This document shows, piece by piece, positions 26,896 through 40,038 of a stretch of DNA of 64,000 bases (position 1 is its first letter; each line of letters starts with the position of its first letter). The position numbers were made by a program, and so were the translations under genes. Source of the DNA: Phyllobates terribilis (lineage: Eukaryota). The stretch lies in assembly GCF_046119375.1 (NCBI RefSeq), contig NW_027362765.1, forward strand, positions 166,718,001 through 166,782,000. Reading direction: 5' to 3'. The notes below the pieces were generated by a model. It did not search any database. It had not been told where the DNA came from and was given only the letters and a program-made list of their open reading frames with translations.

Positions 26896-27392
26896 ATTCT
26901 CTACTGCCCCAAAATGTGACCAGAGAGGACGCACTTCACTATTGAGTCACAGTAGGAAATCCTTCAGACTAATGACACGTGATGATCACTTCTCCTCCCA
27001 GTCATCCCTGTGCTATGCCAAACTCTCCATGCTGGTGCTGCTGTACAAGAAAAAAAACTTTGTTAGACAAAAAAGCATTGAACTTTAGACAGGTTCCTGA
27101 AGGCTACACAAAGGGATCTAGATAGAAGACGGAATTTAACCCTTTAGCTTCATGAGCTTGATAATAACCAGAACAGCTAATCCTCTGCAGTTGTCCCCAG
27201 AACACATTAAATTTACAGATCTTAATAATGTGTCCTGCAATGGCATTTTATAGGGTGACATTCAGTGACCCCCTCTAAACTGTGCACTCTGGAGATGATA
27301 GTTAAAAAATACCACCCTCCGCCTGGCAGGTATACCTCATTGACCTCATTAGTAGGTTGTTTTAACTCTTTCCAGAGTGTACAGGGACCACT

Positions 27393-27844
27393 GCAATGGT
27401 ACTCACCAGCCAAGAATGTCAAGAAAAATGCACACCAGGACGCAGCCGACCCCCTTTTGTAAGAAGGAGGTAACACAGGTGCAGAATGCTGATGAACAAT
27501 CACTATCATCCCCTCTCACTGGAGGAGCGACTGCCTAGCACTAAAACTGCACACAGATGAAACTTGCAATAGGGTGCAATTCACACACTCGCGGCACCGT
27601 GCCTAGTCAGTATCCTATTACACGCCCCTACTATTCGATTAGGCGGGATGCCCGACACCCTATCCGAGCATCGCAGAGGTGCAAAGCCCTCAGTTCACAA
27701 GGTCACCATTAATGGGCCTGGCTGCACCCTGGCAGATAAAAAAAATCAGCATTCTGCACCTGTGTTACCTCCTTCTTACAAAAGGGGGTCGGCTGCGTTC
27801 TGGTGTGCATTTTTCTTGACACCTTGGCTGGTGAGTAACATTGC
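27393..27844. mobile_element. Fold-back MITE with ~100 bp inverted arms
   Basis: Arm ~27393-27493 is the reverse complement of ~27745-27844 (TACTCACCAGCCAAG...GCAGAATGCTGA). No clear TSD. Confidence 0.7.
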
Positions 27845-28266
27845 CTTTCTGCTGTTTTCTACAATCAAAAGTGGCGCCTATGACTAAAAAAAAATCCTGA
27901 TTGTCAGTGTCGGATCCAGATGATTGCAGCTGTTTGTTACCCTGGAGAAAATCCATGATGTGTATTCAGATCTTGGGGTCTCCCCAGTCATACTGGTGAT
28001 GTAATTTTATTTGGGGCCCTCACCTGTGTCTGTGTCAGGGCAGGTAGCAGCGGAAACATCCTACATGACACGGGCTCCTGACAGCAGATTTAGGAAATGT
28101 TATTGTAATCTATCTAAACTGCTTGTGGCTTATAAATGCAGATTGTGTTCACTGTATAAAGAAGGGGCTGGCTGATTCCATGGGCACCACGGCAGTAGTA
28201 AGTGGCCCATGAGTAGAATTATGAGCCCTTTAGTCAGTCAGTTCTGTGCAGGCCCATACAACTTAA

Positions 28267-28530
28267 AAGGGTTGTTTTAGGAATATTCTCTATAAGACTG
28301 GCAATCTGGAAAGTAAAGTGTTAACGCAACCTTACCAATATCCCCCGCCACTCCTGCTACAGCGATGATGTCCTGGCACATGACCGCTGCAGCCAAACAC
28401 TGGCTGTAGTGAAACACTACTGTAATCATAGATTGGCTAGAGCAGTCACATGTCCCTGTGACTGGACGTCATCACTGGTAGCAGGAAATGTGAATATTCT
28501 GTAACAAAATTTACTCTCTAGACAACCCCT
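28267..28530. mobile_element. TTAA-flanked MITE
   Basis: TTAA|AAGGGTTGTT ... GACAACCCCT|TTAA; shares its right TTAA with the next MITE. Confidence 0.6.
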
Positions 28531-28534
28531 TTAA

Positions 28535-28891
28535 AGGGAAGCTGTCAGCATGTTTTTTTCCATATGGAAGTAGTGGTATGGCTGTGCAGACCTATCCATG
28601 TTACCCTTTTAAGGTAGAAATCCTGTCATAAGAAATCAACAAAGAAGTCAGATGCAAATCAGGCTGGAAGTGCACTGGTGGGGGCGTGTGCACTTGGAAA
28701 GAGCAACCTAAAGGTATGGACACGCCCCCAGTGCACTTCCACCCTGATTTGCATATAACTTTTATATTAGAATTCTCATGACTTGGTACATTGGATCTCT
28801 ACAAAAATAAATTGTTATTATTATTGGGGGATAAGCACCTATACAGCCATAACATTACTGCTATATGGAAAAATGTGCTGACAGGTTCCCT
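28535..28891. mobile_element. TTAA-flanked MITE (Kolobok/T2-like)
   Basis: TTAA|AGGGAAGCTGTCAGCA ... TGCTGACAGGTTCCCT|TTAA, with an internal palindrome. Confidence 0.8.
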
Positions 28892-29076
28892 TTAATGTCT
28901 GGATGCCTAGATCACTTTTAGGCAGGATTCACACAATGCCTGGATTGACCACAAGTTTCCCAAACTGACCTTACAACCTCATACGTGTCTATGAGGCTGA
29001 AATATGTGAGATCTGCCCCTGTGAGCCCGACTTTAGAGCACCAGCAGCATAAAGACCATATTATAAGGCAGTTTTA

Positions 29077-29260
29077 GGCCATGTTCACACGTTCAGTATT
29101 TTACATCAGTATGTGTAAGCCAAAATCAGGTAAGGAACAATGAGAGGAAAAGTATAATAGAAACATGTGCACAACTTCTGCATTTTTCACCCACTCCTGG
29201 TTTTGGCTTACAAATACTGAGGTAAAATACTGACCAAATACTGAACATGTGAATGTGGCC
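29077..29260. mobile_element. PIF/Harbinger-like MITE
   Basis: TTA TSD; TIR GGCCATGTTCACACGTTCAGTATTT / AAATACTGAACATGTGAATGTGGCC. Confidence 0.8.
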
Positions 29261-29399
29261 TTATAGTTGGCCTAAAGCAGGTTATGTGACTTAGAATCAG
29301 CATATACTCGCTTTTCTTGGATCATATACCAAGGATCCAATGTAATGTGAAAGCCGTGCAAAAATACCATCTACTAGTGAGGACACTGCCCCACTGTCA

Positions 29400-29595
29400 C
29401 TATTTGCTCAGTGTTCAGTCAGTATTTTTTCTCAGGAGTGGGAGCCAAAACCAGGAGTGGGTGATAAATGCAGAACTGGTGACTTGTTTCTATTATACCT
29501 TTTCTCTGATTGTTCCTCACCTGGTTTTGGCTCCCACTCCTGAGAAAAAATACTGACCGAAGACTGACCAAATACTGATAGTGGGTTCGTAGCCT
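29400..29595. mobile_element. Second copy of the 22787 MITE family, opposite orientation
   Basis: Its core is the reverse complement of the 22787-22978 core. The left end is degenerate. Confidence 0.7.
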
Positions 29596-30569
29596 GAGAG
29601 ACACATGAGGGATGTCAGGATCTGCAGCATTCTCTGCAGTAGAGATACCTGCCCTTGTTATTTTGTGGCTTCAGCTATCTGTCCATACCTGTCACCGCCC
29701 TGTGCCTGAGTTCACTTCCCATGATGCACTCCCAAATGTCACTGTCACAACAGGTTATATAACAAATTCCAACACTACACAAAGTGACAGTGCAATACGG
29801 AAGTTTTTCACTACTATCTTCATCAGGTCTAACACATCTATTTAAACCCCTGGACAACCCCTTTTTAAATGAAACAGTGCCCCAAATAAAATCATATACA
29901 CACCTCCCAGACGAGCACCATTCCAATGATGTCGGCGCTGTGATGCCAGTGCTCGCACTGTTATGTCACATAAGCACTACAGTCAGTAAATGGCTGCTGG
30001 TGGGCTGCAGCGCTCATGTGACATAATGTCACACAAGCGCTGACAAAGTGCCCGACAGCCAGTTCAGGGGGTGAGTATATGCTGATTTTATATTACACAA
30101 GGCACTCTTTCATTTAAGTAAATTATACACAAACCCATTTAATAATGTAAGCAGTTTGTATTGTGAAATCTGATTACAGATCCACTTTAACCACGACGTG
30201 AATGACCAATTCAAGCCAAAACATGGAGACCCAAAGGCATCTTTGTTACATGACAAGACTTTATTAATATCATAACTCATTACCGTCCTGGATTCAGCTC
30301 AACAGTCCTGAAATTGACAACCTGTCCTGGAAGGTCAGGGGCATGTCCCAACTTCAGTTGTATTTGTGTCCTCAGGACACAGATACAGATGACTATAATG
30401 GTGGTGCAGGGAACTGTGAGATCCCTGCTCCACCATTTTGTCTAGGTAGAGACTGAAAGGCCTGCAAGGTCCTTTAGGTCACATAACTGAGCAGCAGAGA
30501 CCATCTCGGTAGCAGAAGATCAGGAATGTGAACACGGCACAGTCAAGAGGGATGCTTGTGTGGGGGCAA

Positions 30570-30900
30570 AAGACTTCAAACTGTGTGTGGGGAGGACTGT
30601 GAGAGTCATTATACTCTGAGGGGCATCATACTGTGTAGAAGGAGTGGGGGCATCATACTGTATGGGGAAATGTGTTAGAGCATCATACTGTGTGTGAGGG
30701 GGCTGTTCAGGCAACATATTGTGCGGGGGAGACACTGTGGGCATTATACTGTGTAGAGGGTGCTGTTGGGACATCATACTGCTTGGGGGGGGAATGCACT
30801 GTAGGAGCATCATTTTGCATGAGGGGGAATGCACTGTGGGAGCATCATACTGTGTGGGGGGGGGCAGCATACTGTGTGGGAAGTACTGTGAGAGCATTGT
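30570..30900. repeat. CATCATACTGTG minisatellite block (TE interior)
   Basis: Same unit family as 15050-16120. Confidence 0.65.
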
Positions 30901-31344
30901 ACTCTTAATCTTAGAGAAAAAAATTGATATACATTTTAAGAAATCAATAAAGAAGTTTGTTTTTATAGAGTGCTGGACTTATGGAATATTTATTATTTGT
31001 ATCTTGGAGTCAGCAAGACGTCTAGAGCATCCGATATTTAAGGAGTTTTCTTTAGATATATATTTCTGATATATAAGTCCTCATACAGCTGTGTCGGAGG
31101 AAAAATATGGAACTTGGAAGGAGAGAAAAAAACTAAAGTGGAAAAATAGTCTGATCATAAAGGGGTCGAATGCGTTTCAATTAAAACCATTCAATACATT
31201 TACAGTAAAAAATAATTTGTGGTTTACATTTGGTGCTTTTTTTTCTTAAACTTAAAAAGGTGATAGTGCCATCTACAGGATGATTTCTCTGTATTTACTG
31301 ATCGCAATAAAGTTACATGTGTACAAACGCAGATTACTGGAGAG

Positions 31345-31510
31345 GTCACTTCCTTTGCCGTGCACAACAGTCATACTCATAATAGGTTGCACTGAAATCT
31401 TCCAACACGGCACAGAATGACAGAACAAGCAGGAAATACTAGATCGGAGCTTGTGCGGTTGCTATGAGCACAGATAGGACTGACAGGTGAAAGGGTTGTA
31501 TATAAATAAA
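31345..31510 (+). promoter_or_regulatory. Proximal promoter of ARF-A (ETS-like sites and TATA)
   Basis: GTCACTTCC at 31345-53, a 37-bp block at 31401-37 ending CAGGAAAT, and TATATAAATA at ~31499-31508. All three are conserved in order with the ARF-B upstream region. Confidence 0.7.
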
Positions 31511-31528
31511 GGGGAAAGTCTGCCATAA

Positions 31529-32146
<618 letters not shown>

Positions 32147-32518
32147 CCATTTTGATCATATCAACCTTGTATATCAATATCTGTCATGGGGGTGAAATGT
32201 AATCTAATTTCACATTAATGTTAAACTGCATGAATGTTACTTTCATTCCTGATTTCAGATCTTCTTCTGATATAAATGATTGTAACAGTTTAATGTAAAA
32301 ATCTGAATTGAAGACATTACAGGGACTATAGCACCCGTGTGTGGTGTGATCCGAGCATCATGGCACAGATGTATATACTGTATGGACATTTCATCATGAC
32401 CTTTTACCGCAAAGACCACTGCAACAGAAGGAGTGATATACCGGTAATATAACTGTAATACCATATAACATTCCTGGCATTTCTAGTTCTTGTCCTACTA
32501 TTTGCACGTAATTTTATA

Positions 32519-32524
32519 AATAAA
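32519..32524 (+). terminator. Candidate polyadenylation signal for ARF-A
   Basis: AATAAA ~370 bp after the stop codon, in an AT-rich 3' region. Confidence 0.4.
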
Positions 32525-32907
32525 TCATACAATAATAATTTTCATCTATAGAATATATTATGTTTTTTTATTTATCCAAATATATGAGTTGTTATATTTA
32601 TTAATATATGTAATAGATAGATGCTAGATTCATACATTGTGTGTCAAGATATATGCAAACATTTTCTATATGAATTTTAAGTGGAATTATCATTAAAATA
32701 TACTGTAAAACTGGGGTACTTCGTGCACGAATTGGCCAATAGCGTGTGTGCCCACCAGCCATGACAAGGCGATATATCTTTGGATAAATCTTGGTGCACA
32801 GAGTGTCTGCTGCATTCTTTAGTTTACATTTGCTTCATTCTGTTAGGTCATGCTGGTCAGTTTTTGTTTCTTTGCAGCTAGATAGATTTCTAGATAAATA
32901 GATATGG

Positions 32908-32947
<40 letters not shown>
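32908..32947. repeat. (GATA)n microsatellite
   Basis: About 9-10 GATA units. Confidence 0.9.
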
Positions 32948-32948
<1 letters not shown>

Positions 32949-33130
32949 ATAGCTTGTAAATAAATGTCACAGCACTACAGCAATTGCAAGTGAACGTGGC
33001 AAATTTATTCACGCATAACACAGCGATGTTTAAGTTTTCTCCACATCTATTTTCTAGCAATGTGATGTATAATCTATCCATCCCACATCCATCCCACATC
33101 TATCCCACATCTATCCCACATCTATCCCAC

Positions 33131-34014
33131 GATTAAGAGTAGCAAGGGCCCCGAGCAGTTTAGAAGGCCCCCCCCACACACACACACCTGATGTATCACG
33201 TGACATGTCACATGATCCCCTGTGATAGATCATGTGATAGTTCACGTGAAATTCATTTGGCACAATATTAATATATATTTTTTTACATTAATTGTATGAC
33301 TTAATATTGAGCACAATTAAGTATGCTTACATCCCCTATATACTGTACAGTATGAGACCCTACACACAATATGAGCTGCCACAATCCTCCCATACACAGC
33401 GGGAGGCCGCACGTGACGTAGCCATCTGTACACAGCGGGAGGCCGCACGTGACGTAGCCATCTGTACACAGCGAGAGGCCGCACGGCGCCATCTATACAC
33501 AGCGGGTGGCCGCACGGCGCCCCCCCAGAGACAGCGGGAGGCCACACAGTGCCCCCACAGAGACAGCAGGAGGCCGCGCGCACACACATACATACATACA
33601 CGCATAAACACATTTGAAACACAAAAATACATATAAACAGACATCACACAATATCTGCCTGCACACACACACACTCACCATCCCCCGGCTCCCGTCGTCC
33701 AGCTCCTCTCCGGTGGTAAGTAGCAGTGCAGGGCGCACACTGCGTGACGTCACACTAGCAGACACTGCCACGCACAGGGCCGTGTCTCCTAGCTGTGACG
33801 CGGCCGGGCCAGCTCACAGGGAAGTTAACAGGTGCAGCGCTGGCCCGGCCGAAGAAGAAGCAGCGGTCGTGCGCCACGGCTTGGGGAGCGGTCCGGGGGC
33901 CCCCCGCCTCTGACTGCCAGTATGTGCCGCAGCGCCGCACATATTATAATGAGGGCAATCTGGCCATGGGGCCCCGGGCGGTAGCCCAGATTGCCCTCAT
34001 TATAATCCGCCTAT
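33131..34014. mobile_element. hAT-like non-autonomous element with a 36-bp tandem repeat (33395-33560); left end eroded
   Basis: Right end CATTATAATCCGCCTATG followed by CCCACATC, a word that also recurs in the left flank. Internal ACAGCGGGAGGCCGCACGTGACGTAGCCATCTGTAC repeats. Confidence 0.5.
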
Positions 34015-34077
34015 GCCCACATCTATCTATCTATCTACAGATGCTTCTCACTAAACTAGAAAATCATCAAAAAGCTA

Positions 34078-35690
34078 CACTACCGTTCAAAAGTTTGGGG
34101 TCATTTAGATATTTCATTATTTTTGAAAGAAAAGCACATTTTTTTTTCAATGAAGCTAACATTAAATGAATCAGAAATACACTCTATACATTGTTAATGG
34201 GGTAAATGACTATTCTAGCTGCAAACATCTTGTTTTTATTGCAATATCTACATAGGTGTATAGAGGCCCATTTCCAACAACCACCACTCAAGAGTTTTAA
34301 TGGTACATTGTGTTTGCTAACTGTGTAAGAAGGCTAATGGATGTTTAGAAAACCCTTGCACAAGTATGTTAGCCCAGCTGAAAATGGTTTGGCTGATTTG
34401 AGAAGCTATAAAATGGACCTTCCTTTGAGCTAGTTGAGAATCTGGAGCATTACATTTGTTTGTTTTATGAAACTCTCAAAATGGCCAGAAAAAGAGAACT
34501 CTCATGTGAAACTCGACAGTCTATTCTTGTTCTTAGAAATGAAGGCTATTCCATGTGAGAAATTGCCAAAAAAAACTGAAGATTTCCTACAATGGTGTGT
34601 ACTACTCCCTTCAGAGGAGAGCACAAACAGGCTCTAACCAGAGTAGAAAGAGAAGTGGAAGGCCCCACTGCACAACTGAGCAGCAAGACAAGTACATTAG
34701 AGTCTCTAGTTTGAGAAATCGATGCCTCACAGCTCCTCAACTGGCAGCTTCATTAAATGGTACACGCAAAACGCCAGTGTCAACGTCTACAGTGAAGAGG
34801 CGACTCCGGGATGCTGGCCTTCAGGGCAAAGTGGCAAAGAAAAAGCCATATCTGAGACTGGCTAATAAAAGGAAAAGATTAATATGGGCAAAAGAACACA
34901 GACATTGGACAAAGGAAGATTGGAAAAAAAGTTTTATGGACAGACGAATCAAAGTTTGAGATGTTTGGATCACACAGAAGAACATTTGTGAGACGCAGAA
35001 CAACTGAAAAGATGCTGGAAGAGTGCCTTACGCCATGTGTCTAGCATGGTGGAGGTAATGTGATGGTCTGGGGTTGCTTTGGTGCTGGTAAAGTGGGAGA
35101 TTTGTACTAGGTAAATTTGGGTTTTGAATAAGGAAGGCTATCACTCCATTTTGCAACGCCATGCCATACCCTGTGCACAGCGCTTGATTGGAGCCAATTT
35201 CATCCTACAACAGGACAATGACCAAAAGCACACCTCCAAATTATGCATGAACTATTTAGGGAAGAAGCAGGCAGCTGGTATTCTATCTGTAATGGAGTGG
35301 TCAGCTGAGTCACCAGATCTCAACCCCATGGAGCTGTTGTGGGAGCAGCTTGACCGTATGGTACGCAAAAAGTGCCCATCAAGCCAACCCAATTTGTGGG
35401 AGGGGCTTCAGGAAGCATGGGGTTAAATTTATCAAGATTACCTCAGCAAATTAACAGCTAGAATGCCAAAGGTCAGCAATGCTGTAATTGCTGCAAAGGG
35501 AGCATTCTTTGACGAAAGCAAAGTTTGAAGGAGAAAATTATTCTTTCTAATAAAAATCATTATTTCTAACCTTGTCAATGTCTGGACTATATTTTCTATT
35601 CATTTTGCAACTCATATGATAAATAAAAGTATGAGTTTTCATGGAAAACACAAAATTGTCTGGGTGACCCCAAACTTTTGAACGGTAGTG
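34078..35690 (+). mobile_element. Short-TIR Tc1 element (inner), full length, defective
   Basis: TA TSD at 34076-77 and 35691-92; TIR CACTACCGTTCAAAAGTTTGGGGTCA; length 1613 bp. Confidence 0.95.
34481..35528 (+). pseudogene. Tc1 transposase pseudogene
   Basis: MARKRELSCETRQ...; motifs WTDESK, QQDNDQKH, SPDLNPMEL; several stops and frameshifts. Confidence 0.9.
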
Positions 35691-35932
35691 TAATTTATTT
35701 CAGTTCTTCAATACAAAAAGTGAAACTCCTATATTATACAAAGTCATTACAAACAGAGTGATTGATATATTTCAAGTGTTTATTTCTGTTAATGATAATG
35801 ATTATGGCTTACAGCCAATGAAAACACAAAAGTCATTATCTCAGTAAATTTTTTTTATAACAAAAAACACCTGCAAAGGCTTACTAAGCATTTAAAAAGG
35901 TCCCTTAGTTTGTTTCAGTAGGCTCCACAATC

Positions 35933-36648
35933 ATGGGGAAGACTGCTGACTTGACAGATGTCCAGAAGGCAGTCATTGACACACTCCACAAGGAAGGTAA
36001 GCCACAAAAGGTCATTGCTAACGAAGTTGGCTGTTCACAGAGTGCTGTATCCAAGCATATTAATGGAAAGTTGAGTGGAAGGAAAAAGTGTGGTAGAAAA
36101 AGGTGCACAAGCAATCGGGATAACCGCAGCCTTAAAAGGATTGTTAAGAAAGGGCCATTCTAAAATTTGGGGGAGATTCACAAGGAGTGGACTGCTGCTG
36201 GAGTCATTGCTTCAAGAGCCACCACACACAGACATATCCAGGACATGGGCTACAAGTGTCACATTCCTTGTGTCAAGGGACTCATGACCAATAGACAACA
36301 CCAGAAGCGTCTTATCTGGGCCAAGGAGAAAAAGACCTGGACTGTTACTCAGTGGTCCAAGGTGTTATTTTCAGAGGAAAGTAAATTTTGCATTTCATTT
36401 GGAAATCAAGGTCCCAGAGTCTGGAGGAAGAGTGGAGAGGCACACAATCCACCTGACCTTAACCCCTATGGGGTATTGTCAAGAAGAAGATAAGAGACAC
36501 CAGACCCAATAACGCAGACGAGCTGAAAACTGCTATCAAAGCAACCTGAGCTTCCATAACACCTCAGCAGTGCCACAGGCTGATCGCCTCCATGCCACGC
36601 CGCATTGATGCAGTAATTGATGAAAAAGGAGCCCCGACCAAGTATTGA
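35933..36648 (+). pseudogene. Tc1 transposase pseudogene with the catalytic core partly deleted
   Basis: Sequence jumps from ...SGEAHNP directly to PDLNP, so the region with the second Asp is missing. In-frame stop at 36161-63. Confidence 0.85.
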
Positions 36649-38239
36649 GTACATTTACTGAACATACATTTCAGTAGGCCAAAATTTCAGATTTTAAAAA
36701 CCTTTTTCAAGCTGTTGTTATAAAGTATTCTAATTTACTGAGATAATGACTTTTGTGTTTTCATTGGCTGTAAGCCATAATCATCAACATTAACAGAAAT
36801 AAACACTTGAAATAGATCACTCTGTTTGTAATGACTCTATAATATGAGTTTCACTTTTTGTATTGAAGAACTGAAATAAATTAACTTTTTGATGATATTC
36901 TAATTTAGTGAGAAGCACTTCTATCTATCTATCTATCCATCTATCCTTAGGGTTTTTACTCATTCAGCTACTTTTGAAGTAGGCACAGGAAGCGGTTTCT
37001 TTAAAATGTCCAAGGCAGGTTTATTGCAACTTCATAAACCGCACTCTTAGAAGTAAATGAAACACAGTCTTGTCCGGCACAGAGTAACAAACATGCTGGA
37101 GACCTCCAGCCACAGACGCTGAATGAGACACTCTGTCTCCATTTTATACACACGCCCTGGGGTGGGGATATATGAGCAGCCAATCCCCCCCCCCCCCCCA
37201 TCTCTTATGACTGCTCGTAAAAACCGGCCTTGATACGCCCTATTAACCTTCTCAGCACTACGTGTGCTGGAGCATGCTTTCCCAGATTTACATCACCGAA
37301 GCGATCAATCTCTGATACATATCTCCCCTCAAGGACCTGTCCGGCGGCCATCTTATACTATTTACCATCAATGTATATATTCTCTATCTATCCATCCATC
37401 CGTGTATATATACCAGTAGAAGTGCTCGGACAATAATGAAGTCATTACAAATGCAAACCAAAAATAAAGTGTTATGTTTTTCAAACCATTTGCCATTTAA
37501 AGGGGTTTTTCAGTGACACAATATTGAAGAGCTATCCACAGACTAAGTCATTAATATGAGAATTGTGAGTCTGACACCCCAATAGTCAGTTATTTGCTCC
37601 ATCAATATGGTGTGACCGGACAACCGCTCGAAGATCATGGAGCATATGAAGAAATATCCAATAGAGGTAAATACTCCGTATGTACAATAAAGTGCATTAA
37701 ACGTGAATTCTTTCTTGCACATGTAAATTAGTTAGGACAGATGCACCCATGAGAAGCTGAACATCACAGGTTTACTTAATGTCAAGAGGGCTTGTAGTTC
37801 ACTGACGCTCAGGGAAACAGTGACCTGACATTACTGAAATGAGTCTCAGATCTCTTAGAAAGTGTCACATGTCTAAAAAAGCCAATAAAGACTAAGCATA
37901 GGTTGGTATCATGGCAACTAAGCAGTGCATCACACAGGAAGAGTTCACACATGTGTAGTGAGCTATTCTAGAGAGCGGCGGCCATACTGACTAAGGGCAT
38001 TATTCCATTAACACCTTAAAGAAGCACTCCTCCCATCAGAGTTTTTATGATCTTAATATATTGTAGTCATCTTATTATATAGCACTGTGTACTTACAATT
38101 GCTATTTTTTTCCCTTCTACTCAGTTAATTCTTCTGTTTTCCATTTGGTCTATGACATCACATGATTAAAGAAAAAAAGGGGGGAGGCAATATCATAGGA
38201 TGATACTGAAAGGTACAGATAAGAAGGCAGTTATGGAGT

Positions 38240-39727
38240 TACAGGGATCCGACAGCCCCTCTGCAGAGATCCAACAGCCCCTCTATACAGATCTGACAAC
38301 CCCTCTACAGGGAGCTAGCGCTATAACAATGCTCTGATCCTCTCCGCCTCAGTGCAGCAGAGCTGACAGCCCCTCCACAGGGATCCGACAGCCCCTCCAC
38401 AGGGATCTGACCGCCCCTCCACAGGGAGCCAGCGCTATAACAATGCTCTGATCCTCTCTGCCTCAGTGCAGCAGGGCTGACAACCCCTCCACAGGGATCT
38501 GACAGCCCCTCTACAGAGATCTGACAGCCCCTCTACAGGGAGCCAGCGCTATAACAATGCTCTGATCCTCTCTCCCTCACTGCAACAGCGCTGACAACCC
38601 CTCCACAGGGATCAGACAACCCTTCCACAGGGAGCTAGCGCTATAACAATGCTCTGATCCTCTCTGCCTCAGTGCAGCAGAGCTGACAGCCCCTCCACAG
38701 GGATCCGACAGCCCCTCCACAGGGATCCGACAGCCCCTCCACAGGGAGCCAGCGCTATAACAATGCTCTGATCCTCTCTGCCTCAGTGCAGCAGGGCTGA
38801 CAACCCCTCCACAGGGATCTGACAGCCCCTCTACAGGGGATCTGACAGCCCCTCTACAGGGATCTGACAGCCCCTCTACAGAGATCTGACAGCCCCTCTA
38901 CAGAGATCTGACAGCCCCTCCACAGGGAGCTAGCGCTATAATAATGCTCTGATCCTCTCTGCCTCAGTGCAGCAGAGCTGACGGCCCCTTCACAGGGATC
39001 TGACAGCCCCTCTACAGAGATCTGACAGCCCCTCTACAGAGATCTGACAGCCCCTCTACAGAGATCTGACAGCCCCTCTACAGGGAGCTAGCGCTATAAT
39101 AATGCTCTGATCCTCTCTGCCTCAGTGCAGCAGAGCTGACGGCCCCTTCACAGGGATCTGACAGCCCCTCTACAGAGATCTGACAGCCCCTCTACAGAGA
39201 TCTGACAGCCCCTCTACAGAGATCTGACAGCCCCTCTACAGGGAGCTAGCGCTATAACAATGCTCTGATCCTCTCTGCCTCAGTGCAGCAGAGCTGACAA
39301 CCCCTCCACAGTAATCTGACAGCCCCTCCACATGGAGGCAGCGCTATAAAAATGCTCTGGTCATCTCTCCCTCACTGCAACAGCGCTGACAACAACCCCT
39401 CCACAGGGATCTGCAAGCCCCTCCACAGGGATCTGACAACCCCTCCATAGGGTGTCCGCGCTATAAAATGGTCTCATCATATCTCCCTCACTGCAGCAGG
39501 GCTGGCTCCCTGTGAACGGGTTGTCAGCTCCCTGTGATTGGGTTGTCAGCTCTGTTGCAGTGAGGCAGTGAGGATCAGAGCATTGTTATGGCGCTGGCTC
39601 CCTGTAAAGGGGCTGTCTGATCCCTGTGGAGGGGCTGTCTGATCCCTGTGGAGGGGCTGTCTGATCCCTGTGGAGGGGCTGTCAGCGCTGCTGCAATGAG
39701 GCAGAAAGGATCAGAGCACTTTTATAG
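38240..39727. repeat. Compound minisatellite with higher-order structure and an inverted terminal copy
   Basis: 22-bp GACAGCCCCTCTACAGAGATCT units alternate with ~60-bp GCGCTATAACAATGCTCTGATCCTCTCTGCCTCAGTGCAGCAG units (about 10 cycles). 39500-39727 is the reverse complement. A TTAA|AGAAGCACTCC end at 38020 suggests a host MITE. Confidence 0.85.
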
Positions 39728-40038
39728 CACTGACACAGCTGTTTGGACTGAGCTGTTCCATCAGCTGGTCTTTGTATACTCAGAATGCTGCTGTAAATAT
39801 GCTGGAAAGTCCTTCCTCTTTACACTTGCTTGGGAAGCTGTAACCCAATCAGCAGTTCACATAGATGGAGGGCGTGGACTGAGGGCCTGCTGGAGACTGG
39901 GGGTGGTGTCTCTTGATGGAGCAGGAGGAGTGGGAGGGTCTGGCAGAGACTGAGGGTGGTGTCTGTGGCTGAAGGAGGGGGATGGTCTTGCAGAGACTGG
40001 GGTGGTGGCTGTGGCTGGAGCAGGAGGGGGAGGGCCTG

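Larger units (their letters stand above)
34038..36921 (+). mobile_element. Long-TIR Tc1 element (outer), internally deleted, inserted in a TATC microsatellite and interrupted by a second Tc1
   Basis: Left end TA|CAGATGCTTCTCACTAAACTAGAAAATCATCAAAAAG; the TIR resumes at 35693. Right end ...TAGTGAGAAGCACTTC|TA. Transposase remnant from 35933 (MGKTADLTDVQK...VLFSEESKF...PDLNP). Confidence 0.88.

Noticed and set aside
26896-26934. 13-codon N-terminal extension of ARF-C from the upstream ATG
   Set aside because: It would remove the MGxxxS myristoylation start shared by all three paralogues.
26193-27088. Alternative-frame and antisense ORFs overlapping ARF-C; similar ORFs overlap ARF-A, ARF-B, igfbp4 exon 1 and pol
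   Set aside because: Shadow frames of real coding sequence with no recognisable domains.
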